Assembly: GCA_050575255.1 (NCBI GenBank)
Contig: JBNZDD010013687.1
Coordinates: forward strand, 78,555 to 142,554
DNA from: Harriotta raleighana
Lineage: Eukaryota
Length of the DNA stretch: 64,000 nt
Reading direction: 5' to 3'
Translations under genes and position numbers: made by a program
The notes under the pieces: model-generated
The model's input: only the letters and a program-made list of their open reading frames with translations
Database searches by the model: none
What the model was told of the DNA's origin: nothing
Part shown: in pieces, positions 50,752-63,260 of the stretch
Position numbering within the stretch: position 1 is the stretch's first letter
Layout: the number at the start of each line of letters is the position of its first letter

Positions 50752-53700
50752 GTAAATATGTTTACAAACTTTCCGCAAGTTTGTTTACTCGGTTATCGCT
50801 CACAACTTACGCTTTAGCATTCATACTTGCTTTCTCTACTGGCTCCCATTTTTCCCCAAATGTTGCTTTTTTATAAATCCTTTGAAGTTTTCCCCACAAA
50901 TTTGTTTTCATATTAATTTTAACATTACTTATTTCTTTTTGGAAATGATGAAGAAAATGTGGTATTCCTACTTATACATGTGTCTTGTATACCTGTCAAG
51001 CTTTTTTTTGTTTTGTTTGATAGTTTGCTGAATAGGCTGTTTTCCCTCGTTTCCTTTAATGTTCTTGTACAGCATCTTATTTATTGCATTGAATGTAAAT
51101 AAATTTATTTAAGGTGCATTTATTACAACGATATAGACAGATTATTCCTTACCAAGGAGAAAAAAAACTGAGCTACCTTCTATTTACTTGTCAGCAATAG
51201 ATTGACGAACTTTACACGATGTTCCTCACTGCCTAAACTTGAAGATTTGTAATGGTACCTTAAAGCTGCAATTTATTACAGAACATGTTTTTATGGTCTT
51301 TCAGATATATTCATTTATTCGGTTTGTTTGAAACCAATTTCTCACCTTAACTAAATCAAGTGGAAGATTTAAATTTGCCGAAAAAATAGGGTATTTTTCA
51401 TTTAACAATCATAATTTTTTTTGTAGCAGAAATTTGTTTTCTAGACCTTGTTACTCAGCAGTTTTTGCACTTGATAACTATGATGGAAAACTGTGTGTGT
51501 GTGAGAGAGAGTGTGTGTGTATGTATGTATCTCAGTGAATGCACAATCACACAGTTGATTCCCCAAACACCACACCCCCTACACACTTGCCCCCCCCCCA
51601 CCAGTCCAGAGTCAGTTGTGGTGCTATATCCAATCCCTTTTCTGGGTGAAATGAGCTGAAAACAATACACTTCTAACTGTTAGTACTGCACTACTTAAAT
51701 TACCTATTGAGAAAGAAGATTTAAATTAGAGTCAAGATTCTGCAGCAGAAAATAAAAATGTATTTCAAAGAAATAGGCAGTGAAGGTTTATTTTAGAAAA
51801 TTAATGTCTGCAAATACAAATGACTATTTCTCTTCCTCCTCCCCTCCACCCAAATTTTGGAGGTTTAAAATGTTGCACCTAAGGTGAGACAGAAAATTAT
51901 AGTTTTTTTTAATACTAAGTGTTGTTTCATAATCAACAATAATTACCGTAATCATTCAATAGCCTTGCAATCTTCTCATATACATCGTGACACACAAAAT
52001 GGTGTCACAGCAGTAGTTTGCTCAGCTGATGAGTATGAGCAGCGTTTTAACTTGGTTGGTGACTTGATTAAACTCGATGGAAATTCTGCTGTGTGATCAT
52101 TTTGGGGTGTCTATAATTCTCTAGTTAATGTGACATGTATGTCATGTTCAGTATTTCTGGTTAACTTACCACTGTAGCTCAATTAGCAATTTTGATGTGC
52201 ATATTTTAGTATATTTTCCTTGTCTCTTTCCCCCTTACTTTCCCCTTGTTAACGCCGTTGCTGTTGCTCTGTAGACCTATGATAACCAGAAGTGCAGTAC
52301 ACACAATTGCCGTCTTTGACTGGCTTCCTCTGCGCTGTACGTGTGCAGTAAGCGATACTATCACTTTGTGAAGGGAAGTGACATTAGCGATAACATGACA
52401 ACGGAGACATGGGCCATTTTTTGTGTTTTGCTTCCAACATGGTCACTAAAATCTTGCACACAGGATCGCACTGTAACATGATTTCCCTGTGTACATTCTA
52501 TCTCATAATGAGAGTTTGTGATATACAACGTTTGTTATACACCGATCAGAAATTGTCGGCATGTTTGTAGGAATGATAGATTTCACTTTTATAATGGCAA
52601 TAAAACCACTGATTCATCCCCTTCTACAGTAACATGCAATAGGCCTGAAGTTATGAATGAATGTACCTGGCTCGAGTGGAGAGAGACATGGTTGACTGGA
52701 TTCAGACTAGTATGTATATATCTTTAATGGATTAAGATTAGTATGAGACAGTTTTTTTCATTAAGGAATTTCAAACAGCATTCTCCAGATTTTGAGATTC
52801 ATCTCAGCTTTTGGCCTGAACCTACAAAGGCAATCTAAGAACTTGTCCATGTAAGTGTTAAATAAAATCGAGTAGGTTTAATGTCATTTTTCCTCAGAAA
52901 GGATAAAACTATTGTAATAGGGGAACTCTCTTTATAAACACTTGCAAATACTTCCAGACTGTATAGAAATTCAAGAATCAGAAAATAAAGTAACAATTCA
53001 ACAAGGCAGCCCCATATTCAGCTTCGCTCATTCAATTACAAAGTAAAAATAGCAGTTAAGTGTTGTGGGAAAACTGTGTGTGGGGAATTCTAATTTTCAA
53101 TTGGCTTCAGACCTATACAGATTATAGATGCTTCTCTACATCAGCCACAAATCACAATAGGTTGTCTCTTTCAACTGCTGATACATGCATGAGAGCAGAA
53201 TGTCACAGCCGTAGGTGGTTAAGAGTATCATGAGATTTCTTTCAAGCAATAAAGAGACCACATTTGAAGAAGAGCTCATTACTCAAATGTGCAGTTCAGG
53301 AAATCTCTTGCACCAGAGATCCTGGGAAGATGTAATCACACATTTGAGTGTCGCTCTGCGTGTGACTGAGTTTGATTCTTGAGATCCTAACTGGGAGCGA
53401 CCTTGTAATTCATGAACCTTCTGAGAACTAAGTGCTGATTCTAATGCCTGTCTGAATACAGTTTTCTTTTAAAGAAAAATTTAGCTATTATTGTTTTGAA
53501 GTGGCAGGATTTATTTCCAATGAGTGCAAATTGATAAAACCGTATCACATGCACACAGTAATTCATTGCAGCTTTAAATTAGTCCAGAAAATTCCGATTA
53601 TTACACTGGAGTGAAATCCAGGCAGGTTTCACATTTTAACTGCATAGAAAGGTAGTGAGGAATGTAGATATTCTCTTTTTAATAAAACGGTTGTTTAAAT

Positions 53701-54594
53701 CCTATTCTGATGTTTTGCGCGTAGCTCCATCAAAAGGTGGAAGGAAATGTAAAACTCTCTTAAAGTGATCCAACTGGAAGGAAATGTAAAGTAAATATAT
53801 TATTTTTATCGAGTGATGGTTTCCTTCTGTTGGCTGAAATTGCCAGCTCACCAGATTTTCATCCTTCTGCTGCTCCTCCTTACTACTGGGGTTTCATTAG
53901 AATTGAGGCTGGAAATTGAGGATTATCCCTTAACAATGCATCGTAAATACTGTATTGGTTATCCTCCCATGAAAGAAACAGTATCCATTTTGTCGCTCTT
54001 CTTGGTATTGTCATGCAATCAAATCTACATTTCAGGAGAGTGCTGATCAGCAATCGCTCATTTTCGCAAGTCGTCCCTTGTTAGATTGTAAACAGTGCTT
54101 ACAGGTATTTGTAAAAGATTGTAACAAAATTAACATCTGTCTGCAATCAGATTTTGAGGGATTGTTGACAGAACTTTACCTCTCGTCTGTCGGGTTCCAC
54201 ATTTCACTTTCCAGAGACGGTTTGTTTCACCATACGTTGAGTTAGTCAAGAGTGAAATTTAAAACAATGATCGTAACCCCAAATTTCTATTTACCGTTTC
54301 CGAGTGAAGTCGTACTCTTTTGAAACGCGTGCAAAAATATTTCAGTCACCCCACTTTGGCTTACCCTTAACAAAAAGGATACTGGCTCTTTTGTGTCCAC
54401 TTTGGACCCATACTGCTGCCTATCTAAAGTCATAAATTTTACCTGAGCCATTCAACTTCGATAGAGAAACCGCTAATGAAACCCCTGCCTTCTGCCTTAG
54501 AGCTGGAACTACCTCTGCGGAGAACCTCCTCAGTCCCTTACTTGCCACATCTTCTTCTTTAACCGTGTTTTCTTTTCTCTTCCTGCACAACCAG

Positions 54595-54636
54595 GCTGAG
54601 CTCTCTTCGTGCACACCTTCTTATTGTGCTACAGAG
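54595..54636 (+). CDS. GPHN: Gephyrin alternative cassette C4c (42 nt, 14 aa): AELSSCTPSYCATE
   Basis: Pyrimidine tract ending caaccag|GCT and donor GAG|gtatac. It has the same length and residue pattern as mammalian ARLPSCSSTYSVSE (A.L.SC...Y...E). Confidence 0.88.
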
Positions 54637-56606
54637 GTATACTGCACGTGTGTTTTGCATAATATGCACTGTTGCCTTGCGCCATGCTCTCCTGTGAGCA
54701 CAGTACAGTATGTACAATTCTGCATGCTACCTTTGATGGGGATTTTTTTTTAAGAGTAAACTCCAGGGTAAATGAACAGTATGGTAAGAACATGTGGGGA
54801 AGAGCAGAATGAAGTTTGTCAAATTTCTTTTTTAAAAACACGTATTGATCAGTAAAATAACGTATCAGATTGTTTAAAAAAAATGCAGCATTAAACGCTT
54901 AACACTGGTTAAAGTAACAGCTCTGCTGTGAGATAATGCCGTCTCTTAATGTGACTTCGGTAAGTACCTAAAGTGTTAGAAAAGATTTTGCTTTATACTA
55001 ACAATAATAGCTGTTACCTTCTTTCTGCATCTTATTTATTTTTCCTGGGGTAGATGTCTGTAAAATAAGAACCCAATTTCTTTATCTAATAGTTGTCTTT
55101 TCCAGTGATGAGATAAAGAAAAAAAAATAGGATTAGGAGTTCCTCTCACTTTCTTCTCTGTGGTTTAGTATATTTCAAAATTAACAACCTCATTTTCATG
55201 GGGCACAAACCAACTAAAACATTTCTGAGGGCCCTGTGAATGCCCTCTATATAGCAACGTCCCTTTGAGTGCTGAAAGACTTGACCTGCTTTCAAAAGCT
55301 GACATACGTTTTATTTTGTGTAACATCCGCAAGATCATTTTTTTTTGCACCTCTCTAATCGTGATTCAGGAAAGATGGAATTGGAGAAGTGTGCAGAGGC
55401 ACATACAGTTGCTCTATTTTTCTCCCTGTCTTTCGAGTTGTTGTTCAAGACATTTCATCTGTCCTGAATGGCAGATACACAGAACTCAGCAAGCTTACAT
55501 ACTGCAGCCAATTCCTCAAAGTGCTGACTGCAAGGGAAAGGGGGATATTATTAGTAATTCTGAGAATATGTTGGATTTTTGTCATTTTGTTTTGACTTAC
55601 TATTTCGTGTTACAATTGTAATGTTTCCTTCAGCAGTCAGCCAGTAAATAACTAAGCTTGGTAACAAGTGAATGCTATATTTACCACCCTGATACTTTTT
55701 TTTAAACTTGCATTCTCAGAATAATGACTTTTCATATATTGCAAATAAGGCTCTGTGGCATGAGAGGGATGAGGCAGAATTGAAGTCCTGTGTGAATTGA
55801 ACTTTGAGTAGTTTTCATAGCTTTTGATTATTTTTTTCTTCTTCTGCTTTCCTTCAGTACAAATAGGAAATGATTCAAACCAAGTCGATTGGATTAAAAA
55901 GACATATATAAAGAGATACATTTAGAAAAACTCTTAATATCTTGATTTCATAATGTGGACTAAAAACCCATTGCATTTCCATTGAGCATAAATAAGATGG
56001 CATCAACAAGAATTTCCTCCTTCAATCAGGTTTAGCACCTTAGGAAATCCTCCCCACACAAAAGGTGATATACAAATGTAATTTGTTGTTGGTGGTGAAA
56101 TGTTCCTTTCTTTTGCATTATGAGAGTAAGTCTATGGGTGGCTATTTTCAATTTCATCTCCTCCCACTGTTGACAACAAGTGCAATGCAATGTGTAGCAC
56201 CATGCAATAACCTCTTATCCGTTTATCTCCATGTTTTGCCCCATTTGCCTGATGATTTATTTCTATAACTAGTAAATGATCGAGTTTCTTGGGGCACACA
56301 AAAGAACCTAGAGAGTCCAGAAGCCGTGGATCGTGTGGGATCTGGGATTCTGTAGAATTTAGTGGAGGATTAAATTACACTCTTATCAGATTTTCTGAGT
56401 GAATTTTGTTCACCTTTAAAAAGGGGAACAATGTTTTGCATTGTTATTTGAGAATTGTTTCAAATGGTGTGGACTATAGGTTGAACATACAACGATCATT
56501 CATATTAAATGAAGGTGTTATTTGAGTTTGCATGCCTGAAACAGAGTGTGTCTAATCTTCTTTGTTTTAAAACTGACAAAATAAGATTTTAATCCTAAAT
56601 TTTAGG

Positions 56607-57016
56607 TGTCAGTCTAGTTCAGTTGGTAACTTTCTCACCTCTGAGTTAAAACATTGCGGGTTCAAGCCCCTTGATGGGATTTTGAACTTGCATTCTAAAG
56701 TGACCCTCCAGTGTAGTGCTGTGCATTCATTGTACTTTTAAACGTGTACTTCAGATGAGATGTTAAACTGAGGTCCCATCTGCCTGTTCAGATGGATGTT
56801 GAAGATATCATGACACAACTTGAGAAGGGAATGGAATTTCTCTCGGTACCTTTTCAAACAACCCCCCAGATAAAATTACTTGATAGCTTTTTGTGGGATA
56901 CTGCTGTGTGCAAATATGTTAAATATTGTCACTACATTTTACAATAAATCCTGTGTTGTGCTTTGAGATGCCCGATTGAAATGAAAGATGCTATACCAAA
57001 TGTAAGGATTGTTATT
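56607..57016 (+). mobile_element. Near full-length tRNA-derived Deu-domain-like SINE
   Basis: Pol III A box (TAGTTCAGTTGG) and B box (GGTTCAAGCC), central core cagatgagatgttaaactgaggtcccatctgcctgttcagatggatgt, and the shared 3' tail. Confidence 0.8.
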
Positions 57017-58152
57017 CTTGTGGTTGTAAACTATATAAAGGACTTTCTCAATGCAATTTTAAACAATAAATTGTATTCTATTCACATGGTCACAATGGTG
57101 ATTAAATAAGGAATAATTCCTGTGTGAAGATTGTCATTAGAAACAGTGGACTGTTACTGGAATATTTTGTTGGAAAGAGATATTCAACTTTGGATATAGA
57201 TGTCAAATATCAAAACTATTCATTTTTGTCTGACTTAATTTTGGAGACTTCCTGTAAAGTATATACTGTACCACAACAAGTGCTTGAATACAAACTTCCT
57301 GTAACATTACTGCTCAGCTTCACACAGACGTGTCTGCTGAGTTGAACACATCAACAACAACAAAATTACATTTATAGAGTCTTTCACGTCGGGAGGACGT
57401 CTCAAATCACATGTAATAGACCTGAGGGAAACTTGCTGCACCTGAGCAAAAAGCGATGCTTAATCAACTCATGTTTTAACCTAGATTGGCCTTGAACACA
57501 TCATGCAAAACAGACATGGGTGATCAATGGGGGATATAACTTCTACATGAATAAATAGAAGCGAATAATCCAGTTAGTTTTCCAGAAACAGATTAGACTA
57601 ATCAACTGATCCTAATTAATTTGTCTTGGACTATTTGAGAATGAGCACTGCACGCAAAGGGAGCAAGCTTGGTCAGATGATCTAATTAAATACCGAGTCC
57701 CACAAAAGTAGATTAAAATGTAAACGTTGATCCATCCATGTTGGACCTGATTGTAAATTTACCCCCCACCCTCCCCTCCCCATACAGCTCAGGTGTACAA
57801 AAAAAGCAAATCAAGTACAGTCAAGATCAACAGTACACAAATCAAAACAGAAATCAAAATCCATTCGAAAATAAAAATTATCCTCTGTCAAATAGTCTTG
57901 TTACATGTTTGTAACAAGCTGAGTTCAGTACTCTGGGATGCTACCCCCACATGAAGGGTTTTATGTAAATGCAAGTTGATGTTACTGTTGTCACACTCTT
58001 TCTTACATTTTGACCATATTTGAAGCTAGACAGTGTGCTGATCTCCAGAAGAAGTGAAGGTAGCTGGATGTTTAATTAAGTGTGTGCCCTCACAGTCTTT
58101 TCATTTACCCTTGTGTTCAAAATACAAAATACTGAGCTTTTGAATTTGTATT

Positions 58153-58239
58153 GAATATTCATAAGAACAAAATTACACCCATTAGTACAGTCATTTTGGA
58201 ATATTCATAAGAACAAAACTACACCCATTAGTACATCAT
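58153..58239. repeat. Two-copy tandem repeat, period 46 bp
   Basis: gaatattcataagaacaaaa(t/c)tacacccattagtaca starts at 58153 and at 58199. Confidence 0.9.
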
Positions 58240-61200
58240 GTAGTTATGCCACAGGTTAGGTTATCAAAATGAATACTAGCTCAAGTGGAATTTGTTATTT
58301 TGCTGAATAAAAATTAAGTGGATATTTGCATATTGTTATATTTTTAGCTAAAACTATGAAACATGGGGAGAAAAATATTAATTTCATGTTGGTCCTTCAT
58401 TGATGCATCCATAAGGAATTATGCAAGTTTTCATAGAAATGATAGCAATTCTTTTTGAAAGATTTTAATTATTTCCATTGTGGATCTCTGTTGTAAGTTA
58501 AGTACCTCATCAAGAGTATTACAGGTTTTATTCACTACAAGACAATTATGAAATTCACCAAAATATATGTGATTGGAAATGCTCTGGGAATGTATTGAAA
58601 TAAAGAATGTGGAGGTGTGGGACGAAGGTTCATATTCCTGAAAAAAAAGCAAAAACATTGCCTCCGGGAAGAAAAGCAGTATACAAAAAACTAACTGCAC
58701 TATTATCTTCAATAGGAATGCACGTTTCATATTCACAGTGTTGATATTGTATTGTGTTGGTCCAAGGGCTTGTTCACATACAAAGCTAACTACAGTATTG
58801 TAAAGTATATTGGCTTGAAAGGTAAACACAATTTTTAGTTGTGTAGCAACCAACGTCTTTTAAATGGTATAATTTGTATACTGTATTTGTATTTAAAAGA
58901 TCATGACAAACCCAGAAGTATCAATATATTTAAATTTGAAATGGTGTCTGTTGCAATTAGTTCAGAACAGATAGCCAACTTAAATTTATCTATACTGTAT
59001 ATTACATATTATGAGGATAACGTTACAAGTTGTCAACAATGTCATGGCCTCTACCAGGGCTGCTCTTTACCCAGCTGATTTATAAAAAGGAAGGAGAGTG
59101 CTTTACTACAGCACAGTGTGGAATATATTTGGCCTACTCTCAGTCACTCTATTGACTTTCTAAGCTCCATTATTTCCTTTGATCTCAAATGAAATTCTCA
59201 AATCTCCTTCACTTGTAAAGATACACGTAATGCACTCTGTTTTGTCTTTTACATCCTTTCCATTTATTTCCTCCCCAATGACTGTTCACTCTTCATAAGG
59301 CTTATGTTCGTTCAAGGCTTAATTATTGCTGCCATATCTTGTGAGCTTTTTTTTTCTATCACTCTTTGCACTCTTAGACATGATATAAGAAGAGACTTCT
59401 AAACCAAAAGTTAATCCTTCCTCACCCTCCATCTCCGTCCTTTCTTTCCATGTCATAATGTTCCTTGGCTCTCAATTTACGACGATGATTTTCTCATTAC
59501 TGCATACCTTTCGATGCATCCTCCTACACTTTTCTGATTCTCCCTGCATCCTTACTGATTGAGTAATGGTTTGCAGTCAACCATCAAAATGATTAGACTA
59601 AAGAATCAAGTTCCTGATTTTAATTTAACAAGTACAGTAGAATCTGTCTGTTGCAGACTCTCAAGGGATTGGCTCTGAATGCTCATTCAACACAGATGAC
59701 CAATCTATTAAAGTTGGCAACTGGCAAGCTTCAAATCCAATACTAAATCCTACCTCAGATAACACCATTCATTTTTGCCAGTTTTCAAAACATCTGTAGT
59801 ATTTTGTGTTTTGTTCAAAACATCTGAAGTGGGTTACTCATTCAAGATGCTCTCAGATTCATCGTAAAAAGACCTGTGCGTGGGAAGACATATGGAAATA
59901 TGTCACTGCTTTTGTTATTTCCAGTAACCCAGATTTAAAAACCTCTGAGACTTGCAAACTGGCCAATGTCAGATGTAGATGAATGAAGTCGTGGTAAATA
60001 AAGTAGCTTTACACACTATTATTGTTTCGAAATGGACCAAACTTTGCAATAACGTAGATGTTTTATCCAGCAGCATATAGTTTCCACTGATGTTGGGCGG
60101 ACTGCTCATGTAAATGCTATTTATGATCCTAATTGAGAATGGGACAGAGTGAGTGGCAGTAACTCAGAGTGCACAGGTGACTAATATAAAGAGGATAATT
60201 CCTGGGAACGAACATTGCCTGGGACCACAATGGCTGCTTCACCCATTCCTACTCACCCATTCTTTGCTCTGCAGGCAAGTGGGAAGTACAGAATGCTTTT
60301 ACTAATAAATATGCAGTTTATCTAAATTTAAGACATACACTGCCTCAGATAACACAATTCATTTTTGCCAGTGATTTTTAAAAAAAAATCTTGAGTACTC
60401 AAGCTTCTTGTTATTAGACTTCCAATTCAAGATGCTTTCTTGGCAGGTTATTCGGAGTAAGACATCCTTCAGTTCAGAGAATCAAATATAGAAATATTTC
60501 ACTACTTTTGTCAGCCCGATTAAACAAGATTTCAAACCTCTTGACAAAGATGTTTCAGAAAGAAAACATTCATTTTCTTCAGTGGTTGCTTTTAAGTATT
60601 CTCCATTGACCAAGAGTATGTGTTTCCTTTCTATTGCATTTCAACTACTGTGGGGCAGTGTCCCCAGTGTCCATCCCCAAACAGTTTACCAAAATTTCAT
60701 ATTTATGAGTTCAGAGGTTGTGTACAATTGAGACTGCAGGAGATTGATGGGCAGTTTTGTGTCTGTGTTTGCTCCTCCAAGAAGCCATCCATCGTAATCC
60801 CAATTTCTTCCTCTTTCCCCGTATTCTCTGTTACCTTCCTCTCAATGTGCTTGTCCAATTCTTGACACTTCAATTAATTTCTATCTTTAGTGGGTTAAAA
60901 ATACTGCACCCCTTGCACAAAAGAACTGTACATCCATCCATCAGCAGCAGAGAAGATGAGAAGACCAATTGGAAATTCTTTTATTTTAATGTAACATCAG
61001 TAATGTCCACTTGAGCTTGTCAGTCTATAGTTCAGATTCATTGTTTCATTCACCATCTAAACGCTGTGAAGTTTATATTTAGTTTGCTTTGACTCTCTGC
61101 ACATTATGTCATGGGGCATTGCATAAAATATTTAGAAGAACAACGTGTATATACATACATATTAAATATATATTTAACCCACATTTCCGTAAACCTGCAT

Positions 61201-61656
61201 TTGTTTATAGATGTGCCCTAGAGTTGCCTATTTTTGCTCCCTATTGGTATATTCAGCCTTATGCAGTGTGTTGTCTGAGATGGTGGTGAAAATGTCCACT
61301 TGAAAAACTGTGTTTGTTTACTTGATATGCATCATCCAAAAAAATATTTACGAATGTATGAATCTATATACGATTGCCCAAGTTTAATGCTTTTCATTTT
61401 AGTTGCCTGCTTCTGCCCCATCTAATCAGTGTTCATGTGCCTGTATTCCCTCTGGGAACAGTTTCCAAATAAAAAATTCATGCTTGCCAGATCATTAGGA
61501 CCGTATACAACTGAAGTTTTGTTCAACTAAATCATGTTTGGTCTGATGTAAACTGAATACTCTCAACTCTCCTCTGAATTAAGACAAAATTCCACTCGAG
61601 TATATTTCAAAGTTTAAAAAAATCACAGTGGTACAGATTCAATGTTATGTAATTAG

Positions 61657-61844
61657 TAACAATTCTATCTTTCTTTGTAGAAATGTCCCCTATCATGTTA
61701 AAGAACTTGCTCTTTTAACTAAACTGAAGATCAAATTATTTTGATCTGTCTAACAATTCTATCTTTCTTTGTAGAAATGTCCCCTATCATGTTAAAAAAA
61801 CTTGCTCTTTAACTAAACTGAAGATCAAATTATTTTGGTCTCTC
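61657..61844. repeat. Two-copy tandem repeat, period 94 bp
   Basis: taacaattctatctttctttgtagaaatgtcccctatcatgttaaa...aactgaagatcaaattattttg starts at 61657 and at 61751. Confidence 0.92.
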
Positions 61845-62609
61845 TGCATGTTCCCAAAATAAGTTCTTTTAAAACAGAAACAGCAGTGTTTGGGGATTTG
61901 TTTGGTCTTTTTCCAAAGATAAAATGTACATCTGTTTTTAGCTTTAAAATAACCGGCGCATAGATTTAAACAGCTGGTAGGTGCATGATATATTTTACTA
62001 AGGACCTATGATCTAGAATACACAGTTATCGTTCATTATATTCATTGGATATTAAATAAGGAGATGTTTTTATAGATAATGGATTAGAACTTGGAAAGAC
62101 ACTAAAATAAGACTAGGTGTTTGCTTGGAGTAAGGGATACAAGACATCTTGGTCCATTCTCACACATCTATCAGTGATCAATTTCAGAACACTATTAATC
62201 CAAAAAACATCTCTTCATTGCAAAGGTTTTGTGTGAATTTGGAATCCACTGTGTCAGTTTGTCACACGTGGCAAAATTGGGATGTTAATAGGGACACAGA
62301 CCAGAACTAGTTTACCGGTTCATGATTGCATTTGGCACTATGTTAATTTGCAGCATAGTAAACTTGCTTTTGATGAGAAATTTTATTATTTCATTCTATT
62401 AAAATTACAACAGTTTATGTTCTTCCATTTTCCTACAGTATTCCTGGTACTAGACTGGGTGCAGAATCCAAAGAGACAAAAATTCTGCTATTGTATGAGG
62501 TTTTCCTGCCAGCTGATATCCCTGGGTTCACTGTGATGCTGGGCAGGGTTGGTTCCCATCATTGTGACTCCTTCAATGTCTGGCGCTTTGTGCTCTGTGA
62601 TCAAGTCAA

Positions 62610-63260
62610 TCAATCAATCAAAATCAATCAAAATTTTATTTATAAAGCGCCTTTCACGTCGGGAGGACGTCCCAAAGCGCTGTACAGCCAGTATGGGGGG
62701 AGGGCTCAGGGAAAGTAGTAGGAAAAAATGACTGTACATTTGTGGGCGAAACGCGGCAGCAAATTGCGCACAGCAGTGTCCCACAACCACACACAGAGAT
62801 GGGGGGAAAAAAGGGGGGAAAAAATGGCAAGGGGGAGAAATGGAGGGAAAAACGGGGTGGGGTAAAATCAGGGAAGAAAGGGGGGGAGAACGGGGGACAA
62901 GGGGGAAATCAGGGAGGGCAGAGAGGGAGAAATGTTGGTAAGGGGGGAAGAGGGAGGGAAGGGTGGGTAGGAGGCAAAACCAGGGGGGAAGGGGGAAGAG
63001 GGAGGAAAGGGAGAGGGAAGGAGAAGAATAAAAAGGGAGAAAAATCAGGGGGCAGGGGGAGTGTAAACAACAACAAACATCATCAACAATAATAAACAAA
63101 AAAGTAAATAACAATCAACGATAATAAACAAACTCAACAACAATAGAAAATACAACAACAACAATTAATGACTGTCCAGCCATCGCTCCCTGTCCTCGCC
63201 GCCCGCCCGGACCATCTCCAAAAAGGCGGGAACCAGGTCCTCGATGGCAATGGCCGATCC
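62610..63260 (-). mobile_element. Composite SINE/LINE-derived repeat (antisense) with an internal purine-rich G/A tract (about 62795-63060) and a CAA-rich tract
   Basis: (CAAT)n tail plus the L2-like terminus (cctttcacgtcgggaggacgtcccaaagcgctgtacag), then the SINE core (gtgggcgaaacgcggcagcaaattgcgcacagcagtgtcccaca), then low-complexity sequence. Confidence 0.75.

Noticed and set aside
51863-51883. 21-nt microexon-like segment before a strong AAG|gtgaga donor
   Set aside because: It needs a rare GAG acceptor and has an in-frame TAA at codon 2.
56607-56680. tRNA-like A and B boxes
   Set aside because: They form a SINE head continuing into the SINE core, with no cloverleaf or acceptor stem, so this is not a tRNA gene.
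58431-58853. 140-aa minus-strand ORF
   Set aside because: It has AT-rich hydrophobic composition typical of a chance ORF, with no motif or splice support.
62614-63114. ORFs of 166 aa (-) and 116 aa (+), Pro/Phe-rich and Gly/Lys-rich
   Set aside because: They are translations of a low-complexity purine tract inside a repeat.
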